Shown here piece by piece: positions 17,993 through 29,694 of a stretch of DNA of 64,000 nt. The stretch is from NCBI GenBank assembly GCA_017541375.1, contig JAFXZE010000008.1, positions 6,207-70,206 of the forward strand, read 5' to 3'. The position numbers were made by a program, and so were the translations under genes. Under the pieces are notes generated by a model. The model was not told where the DNA came from and made no database searches. It saw nothing but the letters and a program-made list of their open reading frames with translations. Source of the DNA: Clostridia bacterium (GTDB taxonomy: Bacteria > Bacillota > Clostridia > Christensenellales > UBA1242). Within the stretch, counting starts at the first letter, position 1. Every line of letters starts with the position of its first letter.

Positions 17993-20900
17993 ATGAAAAA
18001 TAGGAGAGTTAGTATAGCCTTTTTGGCGCTTGTTTTTGCGTTCCTATTGCCAATAGGGATTGTTTTTAGTGCGCAACCTATCGAGCAAGTGAGGGCGGAG
18101 ATAACAGATTATAGCAATGTTGATTTGAGTGACCTAGAGATTATAAAAGATAACAGTAGTGAATTAAGTAAGGTTATAGCAATTAACGATGTGCGACACA
18201 GAGCAGATTTGTCTAGTAGTGAGTATAACAAAGTAAAACAGCAACTTGGATATATTTCTTTGTGTCCGAATTTGGTGTCAATTAATTTGGGTATAAAAGG
18301 TTTAACTGTTGATAAAAATGAAATCAACAGTTGGAAGTCAACAAAGTCTATTTCATTAAGTTTTACTGATGGAACAGTCGATTTTTCTGGGGTTTATAAT
18401 TCGAATGTGAATGACTTATTCTTATATAATTGTGATATGAGAAATTCTTCAGGTGTGGTTGGATTTATTAATTTAAAAACATATTCGTTAAATAGTGTAA
18501 GTGGATTTACAGAGGTTTATTTTGAAAACTTAAAACAATTGGAAACAGTGAATTTAAATGTTTTAAAAATTGATAATTACAACTCATTATGTTCGCATTT
18601 AGCAAATGTAGAAAATATTAGTCTTTGTGGTAATTTACAAAATTCCGATACAAAGTACTTGAGTAAACTGAAGAAAGTAAAAACTTTATCTTTGGAAGGT
18701 AGTTTTGTAGATGATATTAGCTTCTTGTCACAGTTACCTCAACTCGTAGAGGTAACCTTACCACTTGGTGTAGATAATTTGAGTGTATTGTATTCAATGC
18801 CAAATCTAAAGAAAGTGGAGTATGATGGGTATACTGCAGTTAATGTAGATAGTGCAATGCTTTCATACATGAATAGAAAAGGTATTCAACACTCAAATAT
18901 GGATAGTAGAGTCATAAGTAAACTCAATGAAGGTATCAACAGTTTGGGAATAACCTCTAGCATGGGGGAGAAAGATAAAATTGATAAAATTAGTCACTAT
19001 GTGACTCTGCATATGAGATACGATGATAATTACGCAACCTTTCCAAGAATAAATTGTGTAGTAAATGAAGCTGGAGTTTGTGGAAATTATGCAATGTTTA
19101 CTTACGCTATGCTTAAGATGGCTGGTATTGAAGCTTATTATGTAGGTGGAATTGCGTACGATAGAGATGGATATAAAGGTTTACATGCATGGAATGTTGT
19201 AAAATGTAATGGAGGCTGGTATGGAATAGATACTGCTTGGATGGATCCAGGTAGTAGCAATTCATACACTGCTAGTACATGGTCTGATGAGTGGTGTAAT
19301 TACTATTTCAAGAAAACCACCACAGACAACAAAAGTTGGCCGAATTCATTGTTCTTTTGGGAGTTTAGAGACAGAGGATTTGCTCTAACTCACATTACAT
19401 ACAATAATCCAGAAGAAATTTTAAACAATGTAGTGCAATCAGAGGCTGTTACACTAAGCCAAATAAAAGTAGAGACGCTTCCAAGTAAGCGTAGCTACAT
19501 TCAAGATACAGAGGATTTAGATCTTAGCGGAATAGCAATAAAGGCGTATTATAGTGATGGTTCTAGCAAGTCGATTAATGTATCAGATTGTACGATTAGT
19601 GGATTTAATAATAGCATACAGGGGACAAAGGTTGTAGAGGTTTCATACAATGGTAAGAGCGATTATTTTGAGGTAAGCATCATAGCAAAATCTCAACCAC
19701 AACCAGAGCCGCAACCAAAGCCACAACCTCAACCTGTGGTACTAGATTCAATTGGTGTAGTGTCATTACCTAATAAACTAAATTACATACAAAACACTGA
19801 AAATTTGATTCTTGACGGATTATCAGTGCGTGGATATTATAGTGATGGCACAAATAGAGGAATAGATATCAATGATTGTAGAATAACAGGCTTTTCAAAT
19901 GCGGTAGCTGGTTCTTGCAGAGTAGAAGTGTTGTATGGTGGAATGAAAGACTACTTTACTGTAAACATTATAGAAAAGCCTCAAGTTGTGTTGAATTCAA
20001 TAAAAGTAACACCTCCCACCAAGCTAAACTATATTCAAGATACAGAAAATTTGAATACTAGTGGAATGGTGGTAAAAGGATATTATAGTGATAATACTGA
20101 AAAAACAATAGCAATATCAGATTGTACTATTAGTGGATTTAGTAATAGCACTGTGGGTGAAAAGAGAGTTTATGTAGTATATGGTGGAAGGTTTGCATAT
20201 TTCACAGTAAACATTACAGAAAAGCCACAGCAAACACCAACACCAACTCCAACGCCTCAGACAGAGCAACAAGTTGAGCTAGTTTCGATAAAGGTATTGG
20301 TAAAGCCTACAAAACTCAATTATATCCAAAATGTTGAAAGTTTGGATCTTGCTGGAATGGTTGTAAAGGCATATTACAGTAATGGAACAGATAAATATTT
20401 AGCAATATCAAATTGTGATGTATATGGATTTGATAATAGTAAAGTTTGTCAAAAAAATATTTACATTTCGTATGAAAATAGATTTGATTATTTCATTGTA
20501 AACATCATACCAAATGGGCAAACTCAACCAGAACAAGATGAACAGCAATCACAAACTCAACCAGCCTCTCAACAAACTGAGGAGCAAAAAGACAATATTG
20601 ACAATAACGAAAAAGTTTTAGTGTCTATGGAAGTGTATAGAATGCCAAGTAAGACTACATATTTACAGAATAGTGAAAATTTAGATCTGACTTCGGGACT
20701 TTTAATGCTTCATTATAGTGATGACTCCGTTAGTATCACAAGTATGAGAAATGGAGTGGTAACAACTGGGGGGTTTGATAATTCGAAAGCTGGTGAAAAT
20801 ACTATACAAGTTTTCTATAAAAATGTGATGACAACTTTTAATGTAGAAATTATAGCAAATTCAGTATCTGGGAATGCTGAAAATAGTGTTAATACAAATC

Positions 20901-21043
20901 AAAGCAACAGTAAAGGATTGATTTTTGGTAACAAATCATGGGAAGAAATTGGAATATACACCCTAATAGTTGTGAGTGGATTGATAATGTTTGTGGTAAT
21001 AATATTACTAATTCGTCGAAAAGGTCAAAAGATAAAAAAATAA
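17993..21043 (+). CDS. Large surface protein: signal peptide, LRR region, transglutaminase-like Cys-protease core, 5 Big_3-type Ig-like repeats with Pro-rich linkers, C-terminal TM anchor
   Basis: MKNRRVSIAFLALVFAFLLPIG signal. GVCGNYAMF...GLHAWNVV...GIDTAW (Cys/His/Asp spacing of the transglutaminase core). Repeats ...YIQDTEDLDLSGIAIKAYYSDGS...ISGFNNS..G...V.V.Y.G. C-terminal IYTLIVVSGLIMFVVIILLIRRKGQK. Confidence 0.8.
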   Translation: MKNRRVSIAFLALVFAFLLPIGIVFSAQPIEQVRAEITDYSNVDLSDLEIIKDNSSELSKVIAINDVRHRADLSSSEYNKVKQQLGYISLCPNLVSINLGIKGLTVDKNEINSWKSTKSISLSFTDGTVDFSGVYNSNVNDLFLYNCDMRNSSGVVGFINLKTYSLNSVSGFTEVYFENLKQLETVNLNVLKIDNYNSLCSHLANVENISLCGNLQNSDTKYLSKLKKVKTLSLEGSFVDDISFLSQLPQLVEVTLPLGVDNLSVLYSMPNLKKVEYDGYTAVNVDSAMLSYMNRKGIQHSNMDSRVISKLNEGINSLGITSSMGEKDKIDKISHYVTLHMRYDDNYATFPRINCVVNEAGVCGNYAMFTYAMLKMAGIEAYYVGGIAYDRDGYKGLHAWNVVKCNGGWYGIDTAWMDPGSSNSYTASTWSDEWCNYYFKKTTTDNKSWPNSLFFWEFRDRGFALTHITYNNPEEILNNVVQSEAVTLSQIKVETLPSKRSYIQDTEDLDLSGIAIKAYYSDGSSKSINVSDCTISGFNNSIQGTKVVEVSYNGKSDYFEVSIIAKSQPQPEPQPKPQPQPVVLDSIGVVSLPNKLNYIQNTENLILDGLSVRGYYSDGTNRGIDINDCRITGFSNAVAGSCRVEVLYGGMKDYFTVNIIEKPQVVLNSIKVTPPTKLNYIQDTENLNTSGMVVKGYYSDNTEKTIAISDCTISGFSNSTVGEKRVYVVYGGRFAYFTVNITEKPQQTPTPTPTPQTEQQVELVSIKVLVKPTKLNYIQNVESLDLAGMVVKAYYSNGTDKYLAISNCDVYGFDNSKVCQKNIYISYENRFDYFIVNIIPNGQTQPEQDEQQSQTQPASQQTEEQKDNIDNNEKVLVSMEVYRMPSKTTYLQNSENLDLTSGLLMLHYSDDSVSITSMRNGVVTTGGFDNSKAGENTIQVFYKNVMTTFNVEIIANSVSGNAENSVNTNQSNSKGLIFGNKSWEEIGIYTLIVVSGLIMFVVIILLIRRKGQKIKK

Positions 21044-21060
21044 ACATATGTTAAAAAATA

Positions 21061-21105
21061 TGTTGAAGCACCGTGCACTTCCGTGCAGCAACGGTGATAT
21101 TGCGA
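21061..21105. repeat. GC-rich hairpin element, possible degenerate copy E of the intergenic repeat family
   Basis: CACCGTGCACTTCCGTGCAGCAACGGTG (nested inverted repeats). It shares CTTCCG..GTGC with copy A only weakly. Confidence 0.3.
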
Positions 21106-21108
21106 AAC

Positions 21109-21138
21109 AAAAAGGCTTATCAAAGCCTTTTTTGTTTT
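21109..21138 (+). terminator. Intrinsic terminator
   Basis: AAAAAGGCTT-ATCA-AAGCCTTTTTTGTTTT. Confidence 0.8.
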
Positions 21139-21256
21139 AAAGTTGATATTATTAGCTACAACTTTTTTTGTAAATATTTAACAACAAATTTTGTATTGCA
21201 AAAAAAATTGCATTATGATATAATAAACAGAGTATAAATAAAGGGAGCAGTGCAGA

Positions 21257-23230
21257 GTGGAAGAACGAAAATTTGAGTTAGTTTCTAAGTACAAGCCCAC
21301 TGGAGATCAGCCTCAAGCCATAGAGAAGCTGGTTGAAGGAGTAAAAGATGGATACCGCGAGCAAGTATTGCTTGGGGTAACGGGTAGTGGTAAAACATTT
21401 ACTATGGCTAATGTAATAGCAAAACTAAATAGACCTGCGCTAGTGTTGGCTCATAACAAGACTTTGGCAGCTCAATTATGTAATGAGTTTAAGGAGTTTT
21501 TCCCACACAATAGGGTAGAGTATTTTGTATCTTATTATGACTATTATCAGCCGGAAGCATACATACCGAGTAGTGATACATACATTGAGAAAGATTTGGC
21601 TTTAAATGATGAAATAGATAAACTTAGACATAGTGCGACATGTTCACTTATGGAGAGGAGAGATACTATTGTGGTGGCTTCTGTGTCATGTATTTATGGA
21701 TTAGGTAATCCTGAGACATATTACAATATGGGGTTGAGTCTACGCGTAGGTCAAGTTGTGGATATGCGTAAGATTATTTCGAAGCTTATCTCCATGCATT
21801 ATAGCCGAAATGATATGGATTTTGTGCGTTCTTGCTTTAGATTGAAGGGGGATACACTCGATATATTTCCATCATACAGTAGTGAGATAGCTGTGAGAGT
21901 GGAGTTTTTTGGAGACGAAATAGAGACAATATCAGAGTTTGACCCTGTAACAAATAGAAAAATAAATCATTTAGAGCACTTTTTATTGTTTCCTGCGACA
22001 CACTTTGGAGTTGAAGCGGAAAATTTATCTAATGCACTAGAGAATATCAAGGCGGATGCTGTGATTGCTGAAGAAGAGTTTACCAAGCAAGGTAAACTCA
22101 TTGAAGCACAGCGAATTAGAGAAAGAGTTGCTCATGATGTGGAAATGATACAAGAAATGGGATATTGTACGGGAATTGAAAATTATTCGCGCTATTTTGA
22201 TGGACGACAACCAGGTGAAGCACCTTATGTGCTGCTAGATTATTTCCCTGATGATTTTATTACTTTTATTGATGAATCCCATATTACTATTCCTCAAATC
22301 AGAGGTATGTACAATGGTGATGTAGCGCGCAAGAAGAACCTTGTCGATTATGGTTTTAGACTGGAGGCAGCATACGACAACCGACCGCTAAAATTTGATG
22401 AATTTGATGCCAGAGTTGGACAGATGATTTGTGTTTCTGCAACTCCCGCTGAGTACGAACTCAAACACGCTGGGCAAGTTGTAGAACAAATTATCCGTCC
22501 AACAGGATTACTTGATCCTCCAGTTGAAATCAGACCTACAAAAGGACAAATTGATGATTTGATGGGGGAAATCTTTAAGGTTGTGGAAACTAAAGGTCGT
22601 GTACTAATTACTACGCTTACTAAGCGTATGGCAGAAGACCTTACCACTTTTTTTCAAGAACACGATATCAAAGTTAAGTATTTGCACAGCGAGATAGATA
22701 CATTAGAGCGAATTGAGATTATCAACAGTTTGCGGGCTGGAGAATTTGATGTGTTGGTGGGAATAAACTTACTTCGTGAGGGAATAGATTTGCCCGAAGT
22801 AAAGCTCGTGGCTATATTGGATGCGGACAAAGAAGGATTTTTGCGAAGTGAAACATCTTTGGTGCAGATTATAGGTCGTGCTGCGCGAAATTCGGAGGCT
22901 AGAGTAATAATGTACGCTGATAACAAGACAGAAAGCATGGATAAAGCTATTACAGAAACTGAGCGTAGGCGTAATATTCAAATGCAATACAATAAAGAGC
23001 ACAATATTGTGCCAAAGACTATTGTGAAAGAAATCAAAAATACCATCGAGATAACTAAGAAAGTCAAAGAAGACAAAACTAAAATGACTGATAAAGAATT
23101 ACGGACTGAGATGGAACGCATCAAGGGCTTGATGCATGTGGCTAGTAAAAATCTAGAATTTGAAAAGGCGATAGAACTGAGAGAACAACTCAATGAATTG
23201 AGAAAACTAATGCGAGGTGGCAAAGAATGA
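21257..23230 (+). CDS. uvrB: Excinuclease ABC subunit B
   Basis: [20 protein letters not shown]...[10 protein letters not shown]..., C-terminal UVR motif. GTG start. 4-nt ATGA overlap with uvrA. Confidence 0.98.
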   Translation: MEERKFELVSKYKPTGDQPQAIEKLVEGVKDGYREQVLLGVTGSGKTFTMANVIAKLNRPALVLAHNKTLAAQLCNEFKEFFPHNRVEYFVSYYDYYQPEAYIPSSDTYIEKDLALNDEIDKLRHSATCSLMERRDTIVVASVSCIYGLGNPETYYNMGLSLRVGQVVDMRKIISKLISMHYSRNDMDFVRSCFRLKGDTLDIFPSYSSEIAVRVEFFGDEIETISEFDPVTNRKINHLEHFLLFPATHFGVEAENLSNALENIKADAVIAEEEFTKQGKLIEAQRIRERVAHDVEMIQEMGYCTGIENYSRYFDGRQPGEAPYVLLDYFPDDFITFIDESHITIPQIRGMYNGDVARKKNLVDYGFRLEAAYDNRPLKFDEFDARVGQMICVSATPAEYELKHAGQVVEQIIRPTGLLDPPVEIRPTKGQIDDLMGEIFKVVETKGRVLITTLTKRMAEDLTTFFQEHDIKVKYLHSEIDTLERIEIINSLRAGEFDVLVGINLLREGIDLPEVKLVAILDADKEGFLRSETSLVQIIGRAARNSEARVIMYADNKTESMDKAITETERRRNIQMQYNKEHNIVPKTIVKEIKNTIEITKKVKEDKTKMTDKELRTEMERIKGLMHVASKNLEFEKAIELREQLNELRKLMRGGKE

Positions 23231-26040
23231 GAGATATAGTTATAAAAGGTGCAAAGGAAAATAATTTAAAAAACATTGATGTGACTTTGCCTCGAAACAA
23301 ACTGATTGTATTTACTGGGGTGAGTGGAAGTGGAAAATCAACCTTAGCATTTGATACTATCTATGCTGAAGGACAACGAAGATATGTGGAATCATTATCT
23401 AGCTACGCTAGGCAATTTTTAGGGCAAATGCAAAAACCTGATGTGGAGAGTATTGACGGGCTCAGCCCTGCTATTAGCATCGACCAGAAGACAACAAGCA
23501 ACAATCCTCGTTCTACGGTTGGTACGGTTACAGAAATTTACGATTATCTAAGGTTATTATTTGCGCGCGTAGGAACTCCACATTGCCCTAAATGTGGTAA
23601 GGTTGTGACAAAACAATCGATTGACCAGATTATTGACAAAATCAAAGCTGACATTGCAGTAGGCGAAAAGTTGATGATTCTTGCTCCAGTAATCCGAGGT
23701 CAAAAGGGAGAACATGTAAAGGTATTAGATGAAATTAGGCAGAATGGTTTTGCTCGTGTGGACATTGATGGAAAGATTTTTACCTTTGATGAGGAAATTA
23801 AACTAGAAAAAAATAAAAAACACTCCATTTCAATTGTTGTAGACCGTATTGTTATGAAAGAAGACATTGATAAACGACTTACCGAAAGTGTAGAAACAGC
23901 CCTCAAAGCATCCAAAGGAGTGGTAGTAGTAGTGACTCAAGCGCAAAATTATATGTTTAGCACTCAGTTTGCGTGTCAACATTGTGGAATTGGTTTCGAA
24001 GAGATTACTCCTAGGTTGTTTAGTTTCAACAGTCCGTTTGGAGCATGCCCCGAGTGTCATGGATTGGGATTTACGACTGAAATTGATCCGGATTTGATAG
24101 TAAAGGACAAAAATAAATCGATTGCTGAAGGAGCGATCAATGTAACAGGTTGGGGGCTTGATACGAGCTTGTTTAGTAGAAGTTATTTTGAGGCACTTAG
24201 CCAAAAATATCACTTTAGCCTTACTACGCCATTTAAAGATTTGCCTAAAGAAATTGTCGATATTTTGCTATATGGCAATTGTGGTGAAGAACTAGAAATT
24301 TCGTGGAATACTAAGAAATTTTCTGGAAATACTTATGGCAGCTACGAAGGAATTGTCAATAATCTTGCTCGCAGATACAAAGAAACTACGAGTGATTATA
24401 TCAAGGGTGAAATTGCCAAATTTATGAAAGAGCAACCTTGTAAAGTATGTAATGGTGAAAGATTAAAAGATGTAGCGCGAGCTGTCAAAGTGGGAAATAA
24501 GACTATTACCCAACTTTGTAATATGAGTATAGATGACTTGTATGCGTTTTTTGATGAGGCAAAATTTAAGCAAAACGTGGTAGCTGAGCCTATTGTAAAG
24601 GAGATTTTGGCAAGACTTCAGTTTTTGCGCGATGTTGGGTTAAATTATCTTACTCTTTCACGTAGCGCAGGCACATTGAGTGGTGGTGAATCACAACGAA
24701 TAAGGTTAGCAACTCAGATTGGTAGTGGCTTAACTGGCGTAATATACATACTAGATGAACCTAGCATTGGTTTGCATCAGCGAGATAATGATAAATTGAT
24801 AAATACACTTACACACCTAAGGGATTTGGGAAATACAGTAATAGTTGTAGAGCATGATGAAGATACAATGAGGGCAGCTGATTTCTTAGTAGATATAGGG
24901 CCATTTGCTGGGGTAAAAGGTGGAGAATTAGTAGCCACTGGTAGTGTGGATGATATTATTAAGGAGCCAAAATCTATTACCGGAAAGTATCTAAGTGGTG
25001 AAAAGAAGATTGAAATTCCCAAAAAGCGAAGAAAGGGCAATGGTAAAGTAATCAAACTCTGTGGAGTGAAGGAAAATAACCTTAAAAACTTTGATGTAGA
25101 GTTTCCTCTTGGCATGTTTACTTGCGTAACTGGTGTGAGCGGTAGTGGAAAGAGTAGTTTGGTGACGGATATCCTTTATCCTGCTTTATCAAATAGGCTC
25201 AATCGCAGTTCGCTTGCTGAAGGGCGATATGAGCGCATTGAGGGGGTAGAGAATGCAGATAAGGTAATCGCAATAGATCAAAGTCCGATTGGTCGTACTC
25301 CTCGCTCAAATCCTGCTACTTATACGGGTGTTTTTACTCAAATTAGGGAGCTTTTTGCTAGTACTCCAGCGGCGCAAGAGCGTGGCTTTACTAGTGGGCG
25401 ATTTAGTTTCAATATTTCTGGTGGTCGCTGTGAAACTTGTTGCGGTGATGGTATAAAGAAAATCGAGATGTACTTTTTGCCAGATATCTATGTACCTTGT
25501 GAAGTTTGTAAAGGTCGAAGATACAACCGTGAAACTCTCGAGGTGAAATACAAAGGCAAGAGTATATATGATGTATTGGAAATGACTGTGGAAGAAGCTT
25601 TGAAATTTTTTGAAAATCAGAGTGCAATTCGAACCAAAATTCAAGCCTTATACGATGTGGGGTTGGGATATATCAAGCTAGGTCAATCAGCCACCACGCT
25701 TAGTGGGGGAGAGGCTCAAAGGGTGAAACTTGCGACTGAACTTTCTAAAAAAAGTACTGGCCAAACTGTATATATTCTGGACGAGCCAACCACAGGACTT
25801 CATATTTATGATGTGGACAAATTGATTAGCATATTCAATAGATTGACCGATGCTGGTAACACAATTATTGTTATTGAGCATAACCTCGATGTAATAAAAG
25901 TAGCTGACCACATCATAGACATTGGTCCTGAAGGTGGAATAAATGGCGGTACAATCGTAGCGCAAGGTACCCCGGAGCAGATTGCCAAAAACAAAGCAAG
26001 CTACACCGGACAATTTTTAGCAAAAATTTTGAAAAAATAA
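23227..26040 (+). CDS. uvrA: Excinuclease ABC subunit A
   Basis: [51 protein letters not shown], two ABC modules, Zn fingers. Confidence 0.98.
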   Translation: MRDIVIKGAKENNLKNIDVTLPRNKLIVFTGVSGSGKSTLAFDTIYAEGQRRYVESLSSYARQFLGQMQKPDVESIDGLSPAISIDQKTTSNNPRSTVGTVTEIYDYLRLLFARVGTPHCPKCGKVVTKQSIDQIIDKIKADIAVGEKLMILAPVIRGQKGEHVKVLDEIRQNGFARVDIDGKIFTFDEEIKLEKNKKHSISIVVDRIVMKEDIDKRLTESVETALKASKGVVVVVTQAQNYMFSTQFACQHCGIGFEEITPRLFSFNSPFGACPECHGLGFTTEIDPDLIVKDKNKSIAEGAINVTGWGLDTSLFSRSYFEALSQKYHFSLTTPFKDLPKEIVDILLYGNCGEELEISWNTKKFSGNTYGSYEGIVNNLARRYKETTSDYIKGEIAKFMKEQPCKVCNGERLKDVARAVKVGNKTITQLCNMSIDDLYAFFDEAKFKQNVVAEPIVKEILARLQFLRDVGLNYLTLSRSAGTLSGGESQRIRLATQIGSGLTGVIYILDEPSIGLHQRDNDKLINTLTHLRDLGNTVIVVEHDEDTMRAADFLVDIGPFAGVKGGELVATGSVDDIIKEPKSITGKYLSGEKKIEIPKKRRKGNGKVIKLCGVKENNLKNFDVEFPLGMFTCVTGVSGSGKSSLVTDILYPALSNRLNRSSLAEGRYERIEGVENADKVIAIDQSPIGRTPRSNPATYTGVFTQIRELFASTPAAQERGFTSGRFSFNISGGRCETCCGDGIKKIEMYFLPDIYVPCEVCKGRRYNRETLEVKYKGKSIYDVLEMTVEEALKFFENQSAIRTKIQALYDVGLGYIKLGQSATTLSGGEAQRVKLATELSKKSTGQTVYILDEPTTGLHIYDVDKLISIFNRLTDAGNTIIVIEHNLDVIKVADHIIDIGPEGGINGGTIVAQGTPEQIAKNKASYTGQFLAKILKK

Positions 26041-26067
26041 AAGAGTATTATTATTCATTGTAACAAA

Positions 26068-26103
26068 TAAAAACACTTTAACATTTCGTTAAAGTGCTTT
26101 TTA
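26068..26103. terminator. Bidirectional intrinsic terminator between convergent uvrA and the 1027-aa gene
   Basis: AAAAACACTTTAAC-ATTTC-GTTAAAGTGCTTTTT. Confidence 0.8.
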
Positions 26104-26106
26104 TTA

Positions 26107-29100
26107 TTATTTTTCTTTCTTTTGTTTATTTACTATCTTGTCGTATTCTTCTTCAAGAACCTTGAGGTCGAGTTCGATTTCGTTGATCTTGTTCTTCTGC
26201 ATTTCGATAGATTTTTCAATTTGTTTTACATCGACAGGATGCTCAGGATCTGATGGCCGACCAAGTTCTTCTTGTTCTTGAGCAAGATATAACTTAGATT
26301 GTTTAAGTTCTTCTTTTAAAAGTGTAATCTTGTGCTTAATTTCAGATTTGCGCTCTTTCTTATCAACATCTTTGAGTAGGGTATTGAGCCTATTGTAATC
26401 AGCCTCAGAAATTTGTTCTTTTTGACGAGGCTTGTTTGCTTTAGCTTTACGAATGAAATATCCTAAAATGGCAACTAATACTGCTACACCAATAATAGTA
26501 GTAGGAATAGCAAACCATGCGGAGGAGTCAAATCCTGTTTGAGTCTCTTCTGGGTTTTCTTCATCTGGAGTTGTTGATAAAATTATGTTGGATGGAACTT
26601 CAGTTTCGTAAGTAGCTGTTTGAGATTTGTATTCATCTTCAGTGAGTGACGTGATAGTTAAGTCGCCAAAGAATACATAACCAGATGATTTGATAAATTC
26701 ATTACCCAAACCAAATATTACAGAACCAGTTACAGATGTTTCTTGATATAGGTAAATAGTGTATTCGGTCCATTCGTTTGTCTTATCTTTGAAAGCTTCT
26801 GCAATTGTTTGAGTTTTATCTGATTTACTGGTGTTGATGCCAGTAAAGTATTTGTTTACACCTTCAATTTTGAATGTAGCACCAGCTTTTACCGTTTCTC
26901 CATTGTCATCATATAAAAAGTCATCACTTTGAGGAACATTTATAGTTTTTGCCCACACAGAAACTTTGTAATAAGTATTTGCATTAAAAGTGTAGGCAAA
27001 GTTGGTCTTTATAGTGGTGTTTGTAGCAGTTTTTGAGTAAATGTAGAATAATTCATCATTACTGTCGCTGTGGGTAGAGATAGAATTTTTGCTTACACCC
27101 ACATCAAATTCATCTGCCTTTACTATTCCAAAATCAGCATCGGCAGTGTTACTGATTACTGTCATGTAGCGAGGTGTTCCGTTATCGTTTGCAATTATTT
27201 GGTCATCTGCTAAATTTACTTTTATGTTTGTACTATTTTCAGTAGTGTCATTAAATGTGTCTTCCGATAGACTAGAATCAAATATACAGTTATCAAAGAA
27301 TACATATCCAGTAGCAGGGGAGTCTGTTTTTCCCAAGCCTAATGTGAGTACTAAATTTATATCTGTGCTAAAATTCTTGATAAATAGGTTGTATGTAGTC
27401 CAACCGCTATCATTAGGAAGTTGAAATTCGTAAATAATGTTTCCACTGTCGCTAGCAATAGTTGCATAACTATTTCCAGAATTTACTTTTGTGTAAACTT
27501 CAAAACTGATTTTTGCATATCCGCTAGCGCTAAGTGAAACGCTTTCACTGGAGTAAGCTTGATATGATGCATTGTCATCATTGTGAATCATCAATACATT
27601 GTCTGAGGTTCCACTAGCCTTGGTTGGGCAGGGGATTTTAGCATTTATTTCGTTCCAATTAGCAGGTAGTACATTTACGACTCCGCTAGTTGTATTGTTA
27701 CTATTCTGAGCAGTCCAATCTTCTGGCTCAAATATATTACTATCTTCTATTGTCACATTATTAAATGTTGAGTTTGCAAAGCTTAGTTCGGGAGTTGACT
27801 GCATGCTCAATGTAGTGTTGTTTGAATTTGCAGAGCTACTTGAAGTTTTGATAGTGTTTGTGATAATTTCGGTCTTTATGTCGGCAATGGCAATATATCC
27901 AGTAGCGTTGTTTGTATCGTCGCCTAATTCAAATTTTAGATAGCATGTTGTGTCAAATCTGCTGTCGCCTTGTATGTAAAAATCATACTTAGTCCAGTAG
28001 TTATTTATAGCGCTGCCTGTTACTAGAGAAGAAATACTTGCAGATTTTTCTTCTGGCTCAAGGGCAGTTTCGCTATTTGGCATGCCAAATACACTAAGTT
28101 TGCCTTCACCTGATGATATGTTATGCTTTGCCCATATACTTATGCGATATAATCCCATTCTTTCGATATTTATGTTGCTAGATTTTAGACTAGCAGAACT
28201 ATTGTTTGCAAGGAGAAGAGCTCCGCTTTTTATTTCCCTTTGGTTACTGCCAATGATGATGTTTTCGCCGTTTATTGTAGTAATAGAATCAAAGTCTGAT
28301 ATAAATTTTGCATTTGCGCTTGTCCAAAAGCTTAGGTCGGTAGTGAATGTACCATTCTTTACAAAACCATAGTCATTTGCCTCTACAACAATGTTACTGG
28401 TGGTAGTTAGGTCTATTTCTTTTGAAAAAGCAGATTCAGTTTTGTGTTGATTGTATTCATCAAGAGAATATTGTATAACTTTGACATTATCAAAGCAAAC
28501 AAATCCACTGCACGCATTACCATTTTTTCCACCTAAGAAGAGCTCAAGTTTGGCGGTGCTAGATTTATTGACGCTGGTTTTTACAAACAATGACACTTCT
28601 TGCCATACACTTTGGGTAGTGATGTTAGTGAGGTTGGCTGAGGTAAAGTCTTCTCCACTAAGATATATACTGGCATTAGCATCCCCATAAGTGTAGACAA
28701 ACATTTTGATTTCGTAAAAGCTATCTGCATTTAGTGTAAGATTAGATGAGGTTGCATATCCATAGTTGGTTGCATTATTTGGACTGTTAATGATGAGAAG
28801 CTTGGTGTCACTCGCATCTGGAGCATAGAAAAAGTTGGTAGTTATGTTGTATTCTTCAAATCCATAGTTTTTTCTATAATTATTAAAGTAAGTTGTGTTC
28901 AAATTGATAATACCAGTATATTCAGGGGATACTCCACTTCCGTCCGCTTTAGTCCAGCCTTTAGAAGGTGCCTGCGGGGAACTGGTTGAGCCACTTTCAG
29001 AGAAGTCTGCATTACTGAGCCCTACTGAGGAGGTGGCATCTAGCATTTTTGTTGAAGTAGTTTCAGCATAAAGACTAGCAGAGTTTTTGGGAGATTGCAA

Positions 29101-29190
29101 ATTACCTACGGCGATGGGTAATAATACAAAACTCATAGACAAAACTAATGCTAATAAAATTGATTTTAAATTGATACATTTTTTAGTCAT
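26107..29190 (-). CDS. Large type I membrane protein: signal peptide, ~5 CBM/galactose-binding-like jelly-roll modules, TM helix, ~110-aa cytoplasmic coiled-coil tail
   Basis: N-terminal KSILLALVLSMSFVLLPIAVG. Recurrent module ends GFVCFDNVKV / GYIAIADIKTE / GYVFFDNCIFD / GYVFFGDLTITS. TM IPTTIIGVAVLVAILGYFI, then a Lys/Glu-rich heptad-like tail. Confidence 0.7.
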   Translation of the reverse strand: MTKKCINLKSILLALVLSMSFVLLPIAVGNLQSPKNSASLYAETTSTKMLDATSSVGLSNADFSESGSTSSPQAPSKGWTKADGSGVSPEYTGIINLNTTYFNNYRKNYGFEEYNITTNFFYAPDASDTKLLIINSPNNATNYGYATSSNLTLNADSFYEIKMFVYTYGDANASIYLSGEDFTSANLTNITTQSVWQEVSLFVKTSVNKSSTAKLELFLGGKNGNACSGFVCFDNVKVIQYSLDEYNQHKTESAFSKEIDLTTTSNIVVEANDYGFVKNGTFTTDLSFWTSANAKFISDFDSITTINGENIIIGSNQREIKSGALLLANNSSASLKSSNINIERMGLYRISIWAKHNISSGEGKLSVFGMPNSETALEPEEKSASISSLVTGSAINNYWTKYDFYIQGDSRFDTTCYLKFELGDDTNNATGYIAIADIKTEIITNTIKTSSSSANSNNTTLSMQSTPELSFANSTFNNVTIEDSNIFEPEDWTAQNSNNTTSGVVNVLPANWNEINAKIPCPTKASGTSDNVLMIHNDDNASYQAYSSESVSLSASGYAKISFEVYTKVNSGNSYATIASDSGNIIYEFQLPNDSGWTTYNLFIKNFSTDINLVLTLGLGKTDSPATGYVFFDNCIFDSSLSEDTFNDTTENSTNIKVNLADDQIIANDNGTPRYMTVISNTADADFGIVKADEFDVGVSKNSISTHSDSNDELFYIYSKTATNTTIKTNFAYTFNANTYYKVSVWAKTINVPQSDDFLYDDNGETVKAGATFKIEGVNKYFTGINTSKSDKTQTIAEAFKDKTNEWTEYTIYLYQETSVTGSVIFGLGNEFIKSSGYVFFGDLTITSLTEDEYKSQTATYETEVPSNIILSTTPDEENPEETQTGFDSSAWFAIPTTIIGVAVLVAILGYFIRKAKANKPRQKEQISEADYNRLNTLLKDVDKKERKSEIKHKITLLKEELKQSKLYLAQEQEELGRPSDPEHPVDVKQIEKSIEMQKNKINEIELDLKVLEEEYDKIVNKQKKEK

Positions 29191-29328
29191 AATTAATTAC
29201 CTTTTAGTTGTGTTTTGTGCGCATAAAAAATGCACATAAGATAAACCTATTATATATCATAACCCAAATAAAAGCAAGTTTTTTGGGGTATATTCATAAG
29301 AAATATTTTGCATTTTTTTGAGGGAGAT

Positions 29329-29685
29329 ATGGAAACCAAAAAAGTATTATTAATTATTTTTGCAGGCGTATTTATTGGGGTAGCTAATGGTCTTTTTGGT
29401 GGTGGAGGTGGAATGGTTTGTGTGCCACTTTTACTTCTTTTGGGGCTAGATAATCAGCATGCTCAGGCGACAACTATTTTGATTATGCTACCCATTAGCC
29501 TAGCTAGTGCGATTATCTATCTAGTTAGCTCTACAGTTGAGTGGGATACCACGTTGTGGGTAGGGCTAGGTTCTGTTGCTGGAGGAGTATTAGGGAGCTT
29601 TTTACTAAGTAAACTCAACAACAAGGTGCTAGGGTTCATTTTTGCTTTTGTGGTTTTAGGTGTGGGAATAAGGTTACTATTTTAG
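29329..29685 (+). CDS. TSUP (TauE/SafE) family permease, half-size (4-TM) subunit 1
   Basis: GLFGGGGGMVCVPLLLLLG motif, ~118 aa. GAGGGAG RBS before the ATG at 29329. Confidence 0.75.
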   Translation: METKKVLLIIFAGVFIGVANGLFGGGGGMVCVPLLLLLGLDNQHAQATTILIMLPISLASAIIYLVSSTVEWDTTLWVGLGSVAGGVLGSFLLSKLNNKVLGFIFAFVVLGVGIRLLF

Positions 29686-29694
29686 GGAGGCGTT

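Noticed and set aside
21139-21256. SOS (LexA/DinR, GAAC-N4-GTTC type) box upstream of uvrBA.
   Set aside because: Scanning by eye found no such motif. There is only a promoter-overlapping inverted repeat, TGCAA-N6-TTGCA, which is too weak to call. A matrix scan would be needed.
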